IMG/VR virus record: IMGVR_UViG_3300012984_000001 | Location: 1 to 64,000 of that record | Origin: a virus | Reading direction: 5' to 3' (one strand) | DNA: 64,000 nucleotides | Shown here: positions 28,313 to 38,499 of the stretch, in pieces | Position numbering within the stretch: position 1 is the first letter of the stretch | How the letters are laid out: the number at the start of each line of letters is the position of its first letter | The notes under the pieces: model-generated | The model's input: only the letters and a program-made list of their open reading frames with translations | Database searches by the model: none | What the model was told of the DNA's origin: nothing | Program-made: the position numbers and the translations under genes

Positions 28313-29194
28313 TTAGTTATTACCATTTAAAGTGATTGTTTTGTAATATTCTCTAGCGAGTTTTACTGCCTCTTTCATTTCCTTCATTTTTTCAGCATCA
28401 CGATAGAAAATAAAAGTTTTGACTCTTTCTTCTTTAGTGAATCTATTTCCTTCTGAATAAACCAAATTTAGGTCTATTTGATTATATATGGGTTGCATCA
28501 TTGTTTCCAGATTTGCTTGTTCTTCTTCATTCATGGTATCTGAAAAATATTTTCGCCATGCAAACTCTTTTTCTTTGGCGACTAAATGAGGAGGACAATC
28601 AACTAAACAATATCTTAGATGAAACTCGTCAGCATCCCAAAGTTCCATATAGATTCTCCCTTGCCATTCGTAATTTGCATTTGATGTGGCACACATGAAA
28701 GTTTCGGCATCCCAACTACATTTTACATCGTGAACAATTTTTTTATGCCCTAAATCCTTGAAAATATCACATTCTCCTTCATGGTCTTCATTTCTTCTGC
28801 GTTCTTCGTTTTTAGAATAGTGCAATCCGTCCACGTCAGAAATCAAAGCAATTGCATCTTCTTCATTGAAAACTCCCTTATCAAGAAATTTGGACTTTAT
28901 TTCTTTTACGATTTGCTTTTCATTTTTAAGCCAAACTTTACGAACAAATGCCTTGGCAGTTTCAGAAAGTTCTGGTGGAGCATCACGTTTAGCAATTAAT
29001 TCAGCTAATTCGTCAGGTTTTTTAGTACCTACCCATTTAACCTTATTGCCATTAATATTAACTCCAAAATCTCTTTCGTTTTCTAACTCAGTTATTCTTT
29101 CTAGTTGATTTTCAGTAATTCCTGCTCCTTGTTTCTTTACAACTAGAGCCCCGCTTCCGGAGGCTCTAAATAATACTTCTTCAATAGGTGTCAT
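28313..29194 (-). CDS. YqaJ/lambda-exonuclease-like PD-(D/E)xK nuclease
   Basis: GECD..DVK..Y.WQ...YM pattern; near the annealing protein. Confidence 0.75.
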   Translation of the reverse strand: MTPIEEVLFRASGSGALVVKKQGAGITENQLERITELENERDFGVNINGNKVKWVGTKKPDELAELIAKRDAPPELSETAKAFVRKVWLKNEKQIVKEIKSKFLDKGVFNEEDAIALISDVDGLHYSKNEERRRNEDHEGECDIFKDLGHKKIVHDVKCSWDAETFMCATSNANYEWQGRIYMELWDADEFHLRYCLVDCPPHLVAKEKEFAWRKYFSDTMNEEEQANLETMMQPIYNQIDLNLVYSEGNRFTKEERVKTFIFYRDAEKMKEMKEAVKLAREYYKTITLNGNN

Positions 29195-29197
29195 AAG

Positions 29198-30382
29198 CTA
29201 TAGTTTTTCTATTTCTGATTTAGCCCATTTTTTGAATGCTTCGAACTTCTCAGTAATTAAAGTGGAAGTTTCGTTTCCTGTGATTGGATTATCAGAGATA
29301 CTAAAACTATCAACCCAAACAGTTAATTGTTTTTTAATAGGTGCTTTAGCTAGTTTTTCAGCTTCCAATTTCGCTTGTCTTTCCTTTTCTAAGCGTTCTG
29401 CTTTCGTCTTTTCTTCGGCTTCTTGTTTTGCTTTTAATTCTGACTCAAGTTTTGCCTTTGCTTCTTGTTCAGTTTTTAAAATAGCGTCTTGTTTTTCTTT
29501 TTCTTCGCGCGCTTTTTTATCTGCTTCTTCTTGAATGGCTTTTTGCTTTTCTTCCGCTTCGGCACGTTCTTTTTGCAATTGAGATTCTTTTGCTTCGGCT
29601 TCTTGTTTTAGCCTTTCATTTTCCAAACGTTGTGCTTCAATTTCTTTTTCAGATTCTTCTTTTGCTTTGTTTAGTTGGTTTAATATTTCTTGAAACTCCT
29701 CTTCTGAAAACTTAGAGTATCTAAAATCACCATTAACATCAATTATATTTGCAGAATAAGCAGACAAAGCAGATATTTCTTTCCATCTTTTGAAATGAAG
29801 GTCATTTTCCTTTTCTTTTTCGATACGTTCGTTCTCTACTCTTTCTGCTTCGATTCTGTCCGCTTCGATTTTATCTTCAAAAGCTTTCTTTTTTGACTCA
29901 AAATAAGGAATCCAAACATCTTCCGGCATATTAGAGAAATCTAGGTTTCCTAAGTCTTCGATGTAAGGTTTGATTGCTGTTTTTCGGTCTTCATTTAGTT
30001 TGACTAGACGCTCTTTCTCCTGGTTCTCGAAAAACTTCTCGGCTTCAAGCAGTTTTTCTTCCATTTGTTCGTTGACTAAACTTTCTTTACGTTTAATTGC
30101 ATCAACAAATTGACCTCCTTTCAAATAAAAATCTTTATTGACTTTGTGCCATTGGTCGATTCCTTTTGTTCGATTATCACGAATTTTAAGACGTAATTCT
30201 TTGAATTTTGGAATATTTTCTGGAGTTACTTCAAGTGCTAAAACTTGCTTGTATGACTTTTCTAGTTCTTCTCTTTCGGAAAGAATAGTTGTAAGCCCAG
30301 AAGTGATTTCTTTTGCCTTTTTTGGCTCAATTCCAAATTCAGCGGAATCAATAATTTGTAATTCTGTTGTTTCTTTTTTCAT
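29198..30382 (-). CDS. Coiled-coil protein of the recombination module
   Basis: 394 aa, E/K/A-rich. Confidence 0.6.
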   Translation of the reverse strand: MKKETTELQIIDSAEFGIEPKKAKEITSGLTTILSEREELEKSYKQVLALEVTPENIPKFKELRLKIRDNRTKGIDQWHKVNKDFYLKGGQFVDAIKRKESLVNEQMEEKLLEAEKFFENQEKERLVKLNEDRKTAIKPYIEDLGNLDFSNMPEDVWIPYFESKKKAFEDKIEADRIEAERVENERIEKEKENDLHFKRWKEISALSAYSANIIDVNGDFRYSKFSEEEFQEILNQLNKAKEESEKEIEAQRLENERLKQEAEAKESQLQKERAEAEEKQKAIQEEADKKAREEKEKQDAILKTEQEAKAKLESELKAKQEAEEKTKAERLEKERQAKLEAEKLAKAPIKKQLTVWVDSFSISDNPITGNETSTLITEKFEAFKKWAKSEIEKL

Positions 30383-30385
30383 AAA

Positions 30386-31129
30386 TTAAAGTTTTTGTAA
30401 ATAATCTAAAGTTCTTTGATAAGCCTTTTTCTGTTTCTTTTCGATTACATTTTTAATGCTGTCGAAATCATCTGCAGGAATTACATCCTTCTTTTCTTCG
30501 TACAAATCGAATAGTTTTTTTTCAAAATCTTCGGTTTTTGCCATTACGTCTTTGTTGAACACAACAACGCTATCCATTTCTTCATCCCTATTGAGATTTG
30601 CTCCGAACATCTTGCCAAGTTTTTTCGCTGCATTTTTTATGGAACGGCTATAAGCAATACCTACTCCAAGTTCTAGTGCGTTGGCTTTCATGGTTGCGTT
30701 GAAATTAAGTATTGTTGACCCAGCATCTTGTTGCAATGCTTTTGCTCCGATTCCATCGATTTTTCGGTATTCCTGAGAAATAGGACATTTGTACTTCAAA
30801 CGAGAAACCACAATAAAGCTGTTTAAGTCGCGATAAGATTGCTTTATGATGAAATCTATCTGTCTAAAAAATACTTGACGCAAAGCTTCTTCAATTACCC
30901 CTACAGGAATGTATTCGTAGTCTTGTGCTTTGCTTGCGTTAATGCCTTTCTTTTTCATTTCCTCCATCATGTTTTTTATAACTAATGGTTCTTGTCTAAG
31001 AGCATAGTTAAGAATGGAAACTTTTTTCGATAAAGATTCAGCGTCTTCGATTTTGGATAAAAATGCTAGTCCATCAAATACCGGAAACTCAATATTTGAT
31101 TCGTCGTTTATTATTGCTATTTCTGACAT
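30386..31129 (-). CDS. Rad52/Sak-like ssDNA annealing protein
   Basis: YIP...IE..L..VF and SIKNAA..LG..FG..L motifs. Confidence 0.65.
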   Translation of the reverse strand: MSEIAIINDESNIEFPVFDGLAFLSKIEDAESLSKKVSILNYALRQEPLVIKNMMEEMKKKGINASKAQDYEYIPVGVIEEALRQVFFRQIDFIIKQSYRDLNSFIVVSRLKYKCPISQEYRKIDGIGAKALQQDAGSTILNFNATMKANALELGVGIAYSRSIKNAAKKLGKMFGANLNRDEEMDSVVVFNKDVMAKTEDFEKKLFDLYEEKKDVIPADDFDSIKNVIEKKQKKAYQRTLDYLQKL

Positions 31130-31133
31130 ATTA

Positions 31134-31355
31134 TTAAGATAAACGGGTTATAAATCCTTTAATTGATCTGAAAGTTTTGTCAGGAAAATTCTTTTTAGAA
31201 TGAGTAAATATCACATCAAATGACCTACAGATGTAGTAATCATAGTCCTCCCAATTCTCTAAAATAAATTCCTTTTTACTGAAACTGTCTCCAATTTCCA
31301 TTGAAGACAACTTATCAGAGACAATGCCCTGATAAGTTACTTTGTGTTTTCCCAT
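31134..31355 (-). CDS. Hypothetical protein
   Basis: 73-aa ORF in operon. Confidence 0.5.
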   Translation of the reverse strand: MGKHKVTYQGIVSDKLSSMEIGDSFSKKEFILENWEDYDYYICRSFDVIFTHSKKNFPDKTFRSIKGFITRLS

Positions 31356-31360
31356 AACTG

Positions 31361-32416
31361 TTATTTTTCTTCTTTATTAAAGTAACATAAGTAATAATAC
31401 ATCTGCTTTTGGTCGTCCCAACCCTTCTCGAAGAACTTTTCAGCACTTTCCGGATTAACAAAGTCAAGTTTTATTGTCATGCCGGTATCAAGAGAAATAG
31501 TTCCTTTCCATTTACGTCTAGCATCGGTTACTGCAGAGTTTGAAATAGGGAAACTTGAAATATCTTCGATGGAGTATTTTTCACCTTTATCTACTTTATA
31601 GTTTTTGAATTCTGAAATTAAATCAGGATTGTCAAGCACTTCATTTAAGTAGCTAGTTTCTTCAAATTCGTCATTTTTAGCAAAGTAGTTCATGGAACGA
31701 TTCATGAACATGACCTCTTCTTTTTTATCCTCGGCAGGAGCAACTACTTCTTTAGCAAAATCCTGAGCAAATTTTAGATATTTTTTAGTCAAGAAATTTT
31801 CGTCATGGAAAGCATCAACACCAAGAAAATGTTCCAACCAGTATCTGGCATCATATCGGTTACTGTCGATAGAAAGCACCTTATATCCTTCTTCTTTTTT
31901 GTAATTGAAAATCAAAACTCCTTTGTCAAGTTTGTCTAAGGAAATTCCTTGTTTGAAATTCATTTTCAAGTTATTGTCGTTTTCGTCAATCTCCAAGAAA
32001 TCAGCTTGAATCTCACTTTTGAATACACCAATCGCGTCAACCACGTTATTATCAATACTTAAGTTTGTTAAGTAAGTCACATAAACTTCACCCGATTTGA
32101 TATGCGGATGATTTGAAACCTCATACAAATGCTTTGTAATTTGTTTTGATGCATCCACAATGCAATTTGGATTATCAAAAATCTGTGAAGCATATTTGTA
32201 CATTTCGTTGTAGTCCAAATCTACTTCATGTGCAAACTGATAATAATTTTCTTCTTTTTCTCTGAATGGTTTAAAAAAGAACTCTTTAATTAATGGCTGA
32301 ACTTCATCTTCTAAACGATAAGTTTCGTTTGATAGAAAAATAGGTTCGTTTCGGCTTTTGTTCCCAATCTTGTGGAGAACTAAATCATTGATTTGTAAAT
32401 TAAATAGATTTATCAT
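31361..32416 (-). CDS. Nucleoid-associated protein (NdpA/YejK-like, flavobacterial type)
   Basis: LHKIGNKSRNE, HPHIKSGEVYV, KLDKG.LIFN and YW...FL motifs. Confidence 0.8.
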   Translation of the reverse strand: MINLFNLQINDLVLHKIGNKSRNEPIFLSNETYRLEDEVQPLIKEFFFKPFREKEENYYQFAHEVDLDYNEMYKYASQIFDNPNCIVDASKQITKHLYEVSNHPHIKSGEVYVTYLTNLSIDNNVVDAIGVFKSEIQADFLEIDENDNNLKMNFKQGISLDKLDKGVLIFNYKKEEGYKVLSIDSNRYDARYWLEHFLGVDAFHDENFLTKKYLKFAQDFAKEVVAPAEDKKEEVMFMNRSMNYFAKNDEFEETSYLNEVLDNPDLISEFKNYKVDKGEKYSIEDISSFPISNSAVTDARRKWKGTISLDTGMTIKLDFVNPESAEKFFEKGWDDQKQMYYYLCYFNKEEK

Positions 32417-32432
32417 TTGTTAAATTTAAAGA

Positions 32433-33344
32433 TTAAACAGGTTCTTGATTTTCGGGTTCTTCATATTCATTAAAAACACGGTCTATGATTGTGTTTAAAT
32501 GGTGGCTATTTAGTTTTTCTGGTTTAATGCCTCTAAGAATATCTATTAATACCGCAAAATAAGCAACATCAACTCCAATTAATTGTTCTTCTAAAACTTC
32601 TGGATTTCTTAAATCCAAGTCGCTTACTTGAAACATCATCTTAAGCATTTCCCCGGCATTGATTGTCCAACCTCGATGAATGAATTTTTTAAGACGGATA
32701 ATTGATGTAAGAGGATAAAGACTGCCTTGATATTTTAGAGTTTTTGTCAAAATCGATTCCAGGGCCAATTTATTTGTCACAAGTCCTTCATCAAAAGTAA
32801 AATAGTTTGTAGCATGGATGAAATCGAATGTTTTGTGAATTTGTTCAGAATCACCGTGAAATCTTAAAACAATCTGAATATCGTCAGTAAGAGAAATAGC
32901 GTTTTGAGAAAGAAATGATACTTGATATTTTAAAGGCTTTCCCTCTGAATCATTTTTCAAGTCTTTTCTCTCTCCAATAGATTGGATATTTAGTTTTACT
33001 TGGTCTTCTTTCAAAGTCTTAAGACGTACTCCCATTTCGGAATTATCATCTTCTATATTGTAGGCAGAATTTTCACTGTGATTTTCAATATATTTATCAC
33101 GTTTTCTACCATCCAATATTTCTTCATCACGAACATAATATTTTGCTAGTCTAATCAAAACATTCATGTCTTTTATGTAAATATCATAATCGTTCACAGG
33201 AATGTTTAACAGCATAGAAGTTATAGAACCTCCCGATACAAGAAGATTGTTTTTAACGTCTTTACGTAAATCAGAATCAGTAATTGACTCTAGCCAATCT
33301 TCTAGTTTTGTAACTAGAATTTTTTTAATAGTTTTTAATTGCAT
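32433..33344 (-). CDS. Nucleotidyltransferase (CCA-adding/poly(A) polymerase head-like)
   Basis: SGG.I..ML....VNDYDIY (hG[GS]..DxD), FDF, R..KF..RGW. Confidence 0.65.
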   Translation of the reverse strand: MQLKTIKKILVTKLEDWLESITDSDLRKDVKNNLLVSGGSITSMLLNIPVNDYDIYIKDMNVLIRLAKYYVRDEEILDGRKRDKYIENHSENSAYNIEDDNSEMGVRLKTLKEDQVKLNIQSIGERKDLKNDSEGKPLKYQVSFLSQNAISLTDDIQIVLRFHGDSEQIHKTFDFIHATNYFTFDEGLVTNKLALESILTKTLKYQGSLYPLTSIIRLKKFIHRGWTINAGEMLKMMFQVSDLDLRNPEVLEEQLIGVDVAYFAVLIDILRGIKPEKLNSHHLNTIIDRVFNEYEEPENQEPV

Positions 33345-33359
33345 TTGTGTTTGATTAAG

Positions 33360-34607
33360 TTAAATTGAATTCCATTTTTTATGCAGAGTTTCTGCGTGTT
33401 CTTGTTTGCTAACCTTATTGTAGTGGAGTAACATTTTACTGTCTTTGCTCCATCCCATAATTGTGGAAAGCACAGAGTCTTCTACTTTTCCGTAATTTAA
33501 AGTTGCGAATGATTTTCTTCCGACATGAGAACTGATTAATAAGTATTTCTTGTAGTATCCAAACTTTTTGCGCTTAAGTTTATTATCAAACAGTTTCCCA
33601 TACATCATATTATCTATTCCGGCTAATTGGCAGACTATTTTTATATTGATGTTAAATTCAGTTTTGCTGATTTTTGGTGGCAAGTTCCCGAAATTAGAAT
33701 CAAGTATGTTTTGAATTACAGAATGAACGGGTATGACTACTTTTGCTCCGGTTTTCTGTGTTTTAATTTTGATAAAACCATCTGAAATGTTCGAAGTATC
33801 TAGTTTTAGAAAATCTGACGCGCGCAATCCAGTGTATGCTGATATCAGAAAGTTTTGCTTAGTAATATCCAATTCATAGTGTTCCGAAAAGTCGTAATCG
33901 ATAATTTTTTGAATTTCGGCTTCCGATAAATAAACTCCTTCTAAATCATCATCTTTATCAAAATAGATTCTTTGTGTAAACGATTTATCTACTTCGATAT
34001 TGTGTTCAAGCGCGCGATTAAGGAAAAAGCGGAACCGGCCAATGTGTCTTTCGATTGTAGATACTTGGTAAAACTCAGTTTCCAGATAGTCGGCAAACGA
34101 CTTTAAATCATTAATACGGATATTTCTTAGCTGTAGTTTTTCTCCGATTACTGCTTCATACTCCGAAACTATCTGCATAAACTTTTTGTACTGATTTTGA
34201 AGCGGAATACCCATTTTCTTTTTAGCGGAAACATTCCAATTATCAGCCTCGTTTTCGAGCCACCACAATGCAAAATCACATAGATAAATAGTGTGATTTG
34301 GATTGAATAGATTTGCTTCTTCTTTTGGGCGATTAAAGCTGTTTTTGATAACTTTTTCAAGCCACGCTTTGTCGGTCAAAATGCCTTTGCAAAAATCAGT
34401 ATTGTATGCTTTAAGAATATCAGTTTTAAGTTGCTGAATAGAAATATTCACTTCTGGATTATCTATTACACTTTGATTTTCCGCATCCCATTCCGAATCA
34501 TGTAACATAATATTTGTGCTACATGAAATGTCCAAACGAGAAAAACGTATTCTTACAAGGAGTTTCTTCACCTCCTTTCTGCCTTGTAAACTATATGTTA
34601 TGTTCAT
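33360..34607 (-). CDS. Tyrosine integrase/recombinase
   Basis: TGLRASD, K, HVGRKSFAT and Y catalytic set; arm-binding and SAM-like N-terminal domains. Confidence 0.9.
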   Translation of the reverse strand: MNITYSLQGRKEVKKLLVRIRFSRLDISCSTNIMLHDSEWDAENQSVIDNPEVNISIQQLKTDILKAYNTDFCKGILTDKAWLEKVIKNSFNRPKEEANLFNPNHTIYLCDFALWWLENEADNWNVSAKKKMGIPLQNQYKKFMQIVSEYEAVIGEKLQLRNIRINDLKSFADYLETEFYQVSTIERHIGRFRFFLNRALEHNIEVDKSFTQRIYFDKDDDLEGVYLSEAEIQKIIDYDFSEHYELDITKQNFLISAYTGLRASDFLKLDTSNISDGFIKIKTQKTGAKVVIPVHSVIQNILDSNFGNLPPKISKTEFNINIKIVCQLAGIDNMMYGKLFDNKLKRKKFGYYKKYLLISSHVGRKSFATLNYGKVEDSVLSTIMGWSKDSKMLLHYNKVSKQEHAETLHKKWNSI

Positions 34608-34620
34608 GGTGACTAGTTTT

Positions 34621-35275
34621 TTAGTTTGTACTTAAATCTGTTACAGAATAATCTTGAATTAATTCCTTAGTTTTAAGATAATGTAAAAGTTGTTTTTCAG
34701 AAGAAAAATAAGCTGATTCCAAGAAACCAGAATCCCAACCTAAAGTTTCGAGATAATCTTTTCTTTCTTTTTCGGTTAATGGGTTATTATTAACTAATTC
34801 TGAAAGAAAATCATGTAACAAAACAGTCGTATATTCTTCTGTATTATCCCAATTTCGAACATTTCTAAAAATAGCTTCTTCCAAGAAGAATCTATCTGCT
34901 AATTGTTGTTTTTTAATTTCAGAAATCACATCATTATAAATTTCAACATCGTTTTCAATGAAAAATCTTGTGGTTTTTCCAATCGCATTATCCTGTGCTA
35001 TTTCGTCAAGAACTAAATCCCTTTTGTTTTCTATGATTTTCAATAAATTACTCATTTTTCTACTATTTAGGCTCGTTACTAATTAATTCCTTCAAAACTT
35101 TTAAATTATTTCCGGCAATAGAGCCAGGAATAACACCAGATTTTCTCCACGAAATAAGTCCGTGGGTCATTATCTTTTTATTTGCTAGTTTCAAGCAAAG
35201 TTTCTGAAACATTGGAGCTAGTTTTTTGTATGCTTCCGTTGCCTCGATATTGGCATTCGTTACAATAGTTTCCAT
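34621..35275 (-). other. Two hypothetical genes (34621-35055, 35063-35275)
   Basis: Co-directional ORFs. Confidence 0.55.
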
Positions 35276-35279
35276 AAGT

Positions 35280-35525
35280 TTATTTGTTTTTTGAGTGAGA
35301 AGAAATGAGTTTCAATAAATCAATGTCCATAGCGGAAAGAATGGCGCAAACTTTGCTAAATCTAACTTCTTTATGAAACCCATTTTCTATTTTTGAAATC
35401 AATCCACTTAAATTAGTATTACCTGACATTTCTATAGATAAATCTTTTTGTGTCAGCTTTTTGTTTTTTCGTATTTCTTTTAGAATTGCGCCAATCTGTG
35501 ATGCAGTATTTTTTTCTTTAATCAT
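35280..35525 (-). CDS. XRE-family HTH regulator
   Basis: LKEIRKNKKLTQKDLS...ISKIENG. Confidence 0.85.
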   Translation of the reverse strand: MIKEKNTASQIGAILKEIRKNKKLTQKDLSIEMSGNTNLSGLISKIENGFHKEVRFSKVCAILSAMDIDLLKLISSHSKNK

Positions 35526-35529
35526 ATTT

Positions 35530-36309
35530 TTATTGATTAATATTAAAGAATTTTGCAAATTCTGAACTACCGTAATTGCCTTTAGTGAGCGTGCAAATTT
35601 CGATAACAGAAAGTTGTTTTCTTTTTATCTCTTTGCTCTCAATGAAATTACGCGTGCCAGTTGCGCAAGCCCCTGTAATAACACGGTACATTTCAATACA
35701 TTTTTCAAAAGAATGTTTTTGATTCACGTCAATTCCTTCAAACTCGGATTTGTCTCTATTTGAGATTTTGTAAATCAAATCTTCTTTGGCTTCTTTTATT
35801 GTTTCGCCATGTGCAAACTTCCCATTGCCATCACTAACCAGATAATAAGAGTTGTTTTTATTTACATCTTTAAGTTTATAGATATTCCCTTTTACAATTA
35901 CTACTTCTGAAAATCTACTATCGCAAAAGATATATTCCTTACCATTTTTTTTCCACTTCAATAATTTTAAAGATGGAGTATTTTGATATTCAAAACTTGA
36001 TTTGTTGAATCCATCAGGAATTGAAGTCAGGCTTCCGAGGTCAAGATAATATCCGACAGTCGGGTTGAATCCATCAGGAATTGAAGTCAGACTTCCGAGG
36101 TAAAGAGAACCTCCGACAGTCAGGTTGAATCCATCAGGAATTGAAGTCAGGCTTCCGAGGTCAAGATAATCTCCGACAGTCGGGTTGAATCCATCAGGAA
36201 TTGAAGTCAGGCTTCCGAGGTCAAGAGAACCGCCCACGGGTTCAATACCATAAAATTGCTGTTCTGTAATGTTTGCGTATTTCAAAAAATCTAATATTTC
36301 TTTTTTCAT
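35530..36309 (-). CDS. Protein with 20-aa LRR-like solenoid repeats
   Basis: Four copies of VGxxLxLGSLTSIPDGFN. Confidence 0.8.
   Translation of the reverse strand: MKKEILDFLKYANITEQQFYGIEPVGGSLDLGSLTSIPDGFNPTVGDYLDLGSLTSIPDGFNLTVGGSLYLGSLTSIPDGFNPTVGYYLDLGSLTSIPDGFNKSSFEYQNTPSLKLLKWKKNGKEYIFCDSRFSEVVIVKGNIYKLKDVNKNNSYYLVSDGNGKFAHGETIKEAKEDLIYKISNRDKSEFEGIDVNQKHSFEKCIEMYRVITGACATGTRNFIESKEIKRKQLSVIEICTLTKGNYGSSEFAKFFNINQ
36004..36237. repeat. 60-bp tandem repeat, ~4 copies, coding
   Basis: GTTGAATCCATCAGGAATTGAAGTCAG recurs at 36004, 36064, 36124 and 36184. Confidence 0.95.
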
Positions 36310-36449
36310 GATTTATATTTTTAAGTTTAAAATTTAGGCATAAATGATTTACCATTGCTCAAAGTTTCTGTAATAGTATCAGAGAGCAAATAAAGTGTTC
36401 CAAAGAACAAAAATAGTCCGATAATAGTGAGTGTTGTTATCATGGCTTT

Positions 36450-38034
36450 TTAGTTTGTTGATTCTAATTGATGAATAATTTTTACAGGTTTTTCAGTTGG
36501 ATAAACTTCTTCTATTTTAAAACAAATAGCAGAATATTCCGTTCTAGTTTTTCGCATTACATCACCTAATTGCCTATTTAATGCCTCGCTAACTTCTAAT
36601 GTGTGTTTAACATCTGATTTGAAAAGCATATATTTTAAAATGGCTTCGGCTTCTTGTTCTGCAGTTAGTTTTTCATTTGTGAAATGATTAACCAATTTCA
36701 CAAAGTATAGCAATAATTTTTTCATAATTAAAGTAAATTACAAGTACAAAAAGTACGATTAGTAAAACAATGAAGTTGTATTTGTGTTCTGCTTCATTTT
36801 CGTAGTCTGGTCTTTCGAATTTCATAAGATAGGTTAGTTTGCTAGTTCTACAAAATTGGCAAAAACTTTACTCGAAATAGTGCCTAATCTTTTGCGTGTT
36901 TTAGGCGAATAAACATGATGCATTTCGCGAATCTGTTCAGCGTAAATTTCATCTGTTTCAATAATTAAAACTCTCTCTAATAAAGAGAATGACTGAGATA
37001 CTTTATATTTTTTCATGGTATTTGATTTTAAGTGTTAGTTAATTGTTTATATGTAATATATTGCCAATAATAAGGTGATTCTTTCGAATAGAAAAATTGT
37101 TCATCGGGAATGCTTTTAGCATACTCTTTTAGCTGATTTTTTATTTTTAAAATCGCTTTACGTGTTTTCTTAGATTGCTTAGACATAACTAATCTAGTTT
37201 TGTTGAATTAATAAATTTACTCCTGTTAGAAAAACTATTAAATCATAATGACTCAAAAAATGTCTTTCATAACTTCCAAAATCTAGGGTGTAAAACCCGT
37301 CTTTAAATATTGGTTTCATAACTATTTACGTTTTTTAGATTTCTTTAAATGAGTGTTTTTCTTTCTAGTTTTGCCCGTATTAGGCAAATTTTCTAAAACA
37401 TGTCGTTGTAGTGGGTTTGCCGTTACTATTTTTTTATCTTCGATTTTGGAAGAATAAGAATCGCCATCGTACCAATAACCATAATAGCACTTTGAATTAC
37501 TTTTGATTTGCATAATTTTAGTTTAAAGTTGTGTTTCCCCGAATATAATAATCTCAATGTCCTGAACTTCGAAAGTGGTTTTATCCTGCTTTAAAACCTC
37601 CTTTGCTCTCTCTAAATAGAGCATTTGACAATACGCATAACCGCCCACAAAACCGAGGGCGATTACAAAAATATAAACCGATAATGCTATTATTAATTTT
37701 TTCATGACTTGTTATTTTTTAGTTTTCTTCTTCTTAGTAAATCTTTCCCGTGACGTGAAAGCATATATTTGCCATCGGTATTTATAGAAAATTTTCCATA
37801 CATACCACCAACTCTAGTAATGGTAAATGAATTGTAAAGATTTTTCAAATTCATACCGTTCCACTTGCTATTTCGTACAACAAAGAAGTGTTTATACTTA
37901 CCTTTGAAGTTATTTGGTAATTTTATTGAAGTAGGCAGTTTTATTTTTACCTCGTCGGGTTTGTTTATTTGCCTACTTACTTGTTTTTCAAATCCTTTGT
38001 GTAATTTGGATTTGTGTTTTATATCCATTTTCAT
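36450..38034 (-). other. Cluster of small early hypothetical genes
   Basis: ORFs 36450-36725, 36834-37016, 37322-37513, 37523-37705, 37702-38034 plus shorter ones with AT-rich starts. Confidence 0.5.
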
Positions 38035-38053
38035 AATATTGGATTTTTTAGTT

Positions 38054-38458
38054 CTAATCTTCTATTTCTTCACTCTCAATTTCTTCTAACAATTCAGTGA
38101 AGAAATCATTTATTTCGTTTTCTAAATCTGCAAATTCTGAACTTGCATTTTGTGAAGCAAGCAAACTTGCTAATATTTCGCTACTTAAAGATTTAGGAGT
38201 ATATCCCATTTCCTCGGCAATCTCTAAAGATTCTTTTAACGACGGGTCGTTTTCCTGCAAATATTTAATTGCAGTAGAATAGTAAATGATTTCAATATCA
38301 AAGCCGTTGTTATCTTGTAACATTTCAAAAATGGAATCGTATGCGTTATCAAAATCAATATTGTCTAAATCTACATGATCCATAATTGATACCTCAGTAG
38401 GTAACCCGTTTAAGAATTCAGTAATTTTTTCGATTGTCGTATTTGTTAAATTGTTCAT
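38054..38458 (-). CDS. Highly acidic protein, candidate Ocr-like DNA mimic
   Basis: About 33 Asp/Glu vs 4 Lys and no Arg in 134 aa; IIYY motif; early-region position. Confidence 0.5.
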   Translation of the reverse strand: MNNLTNTTIEKITEFLNGLPTEVSIMDHVDLDNIDFDNAYDSIFEMLQDNNGFDIEIIYYSTAIKYLQENDPSLKESLEIAEEMGYTPKSLSSEILASLLASQNASSEFADLENEINDFFTELLEEIESEEIED

Positions 38459-38499
38459 GATAATAAGTATTAATGATTAATGTTATTTGATTGGCTAGT

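Noticed and set aside
36004-36237. Possible CRISPR array or DGR template
   Set aside because: No unique spacers, in-frame coding repeat, no cas or reverse transcriptase gene in the window
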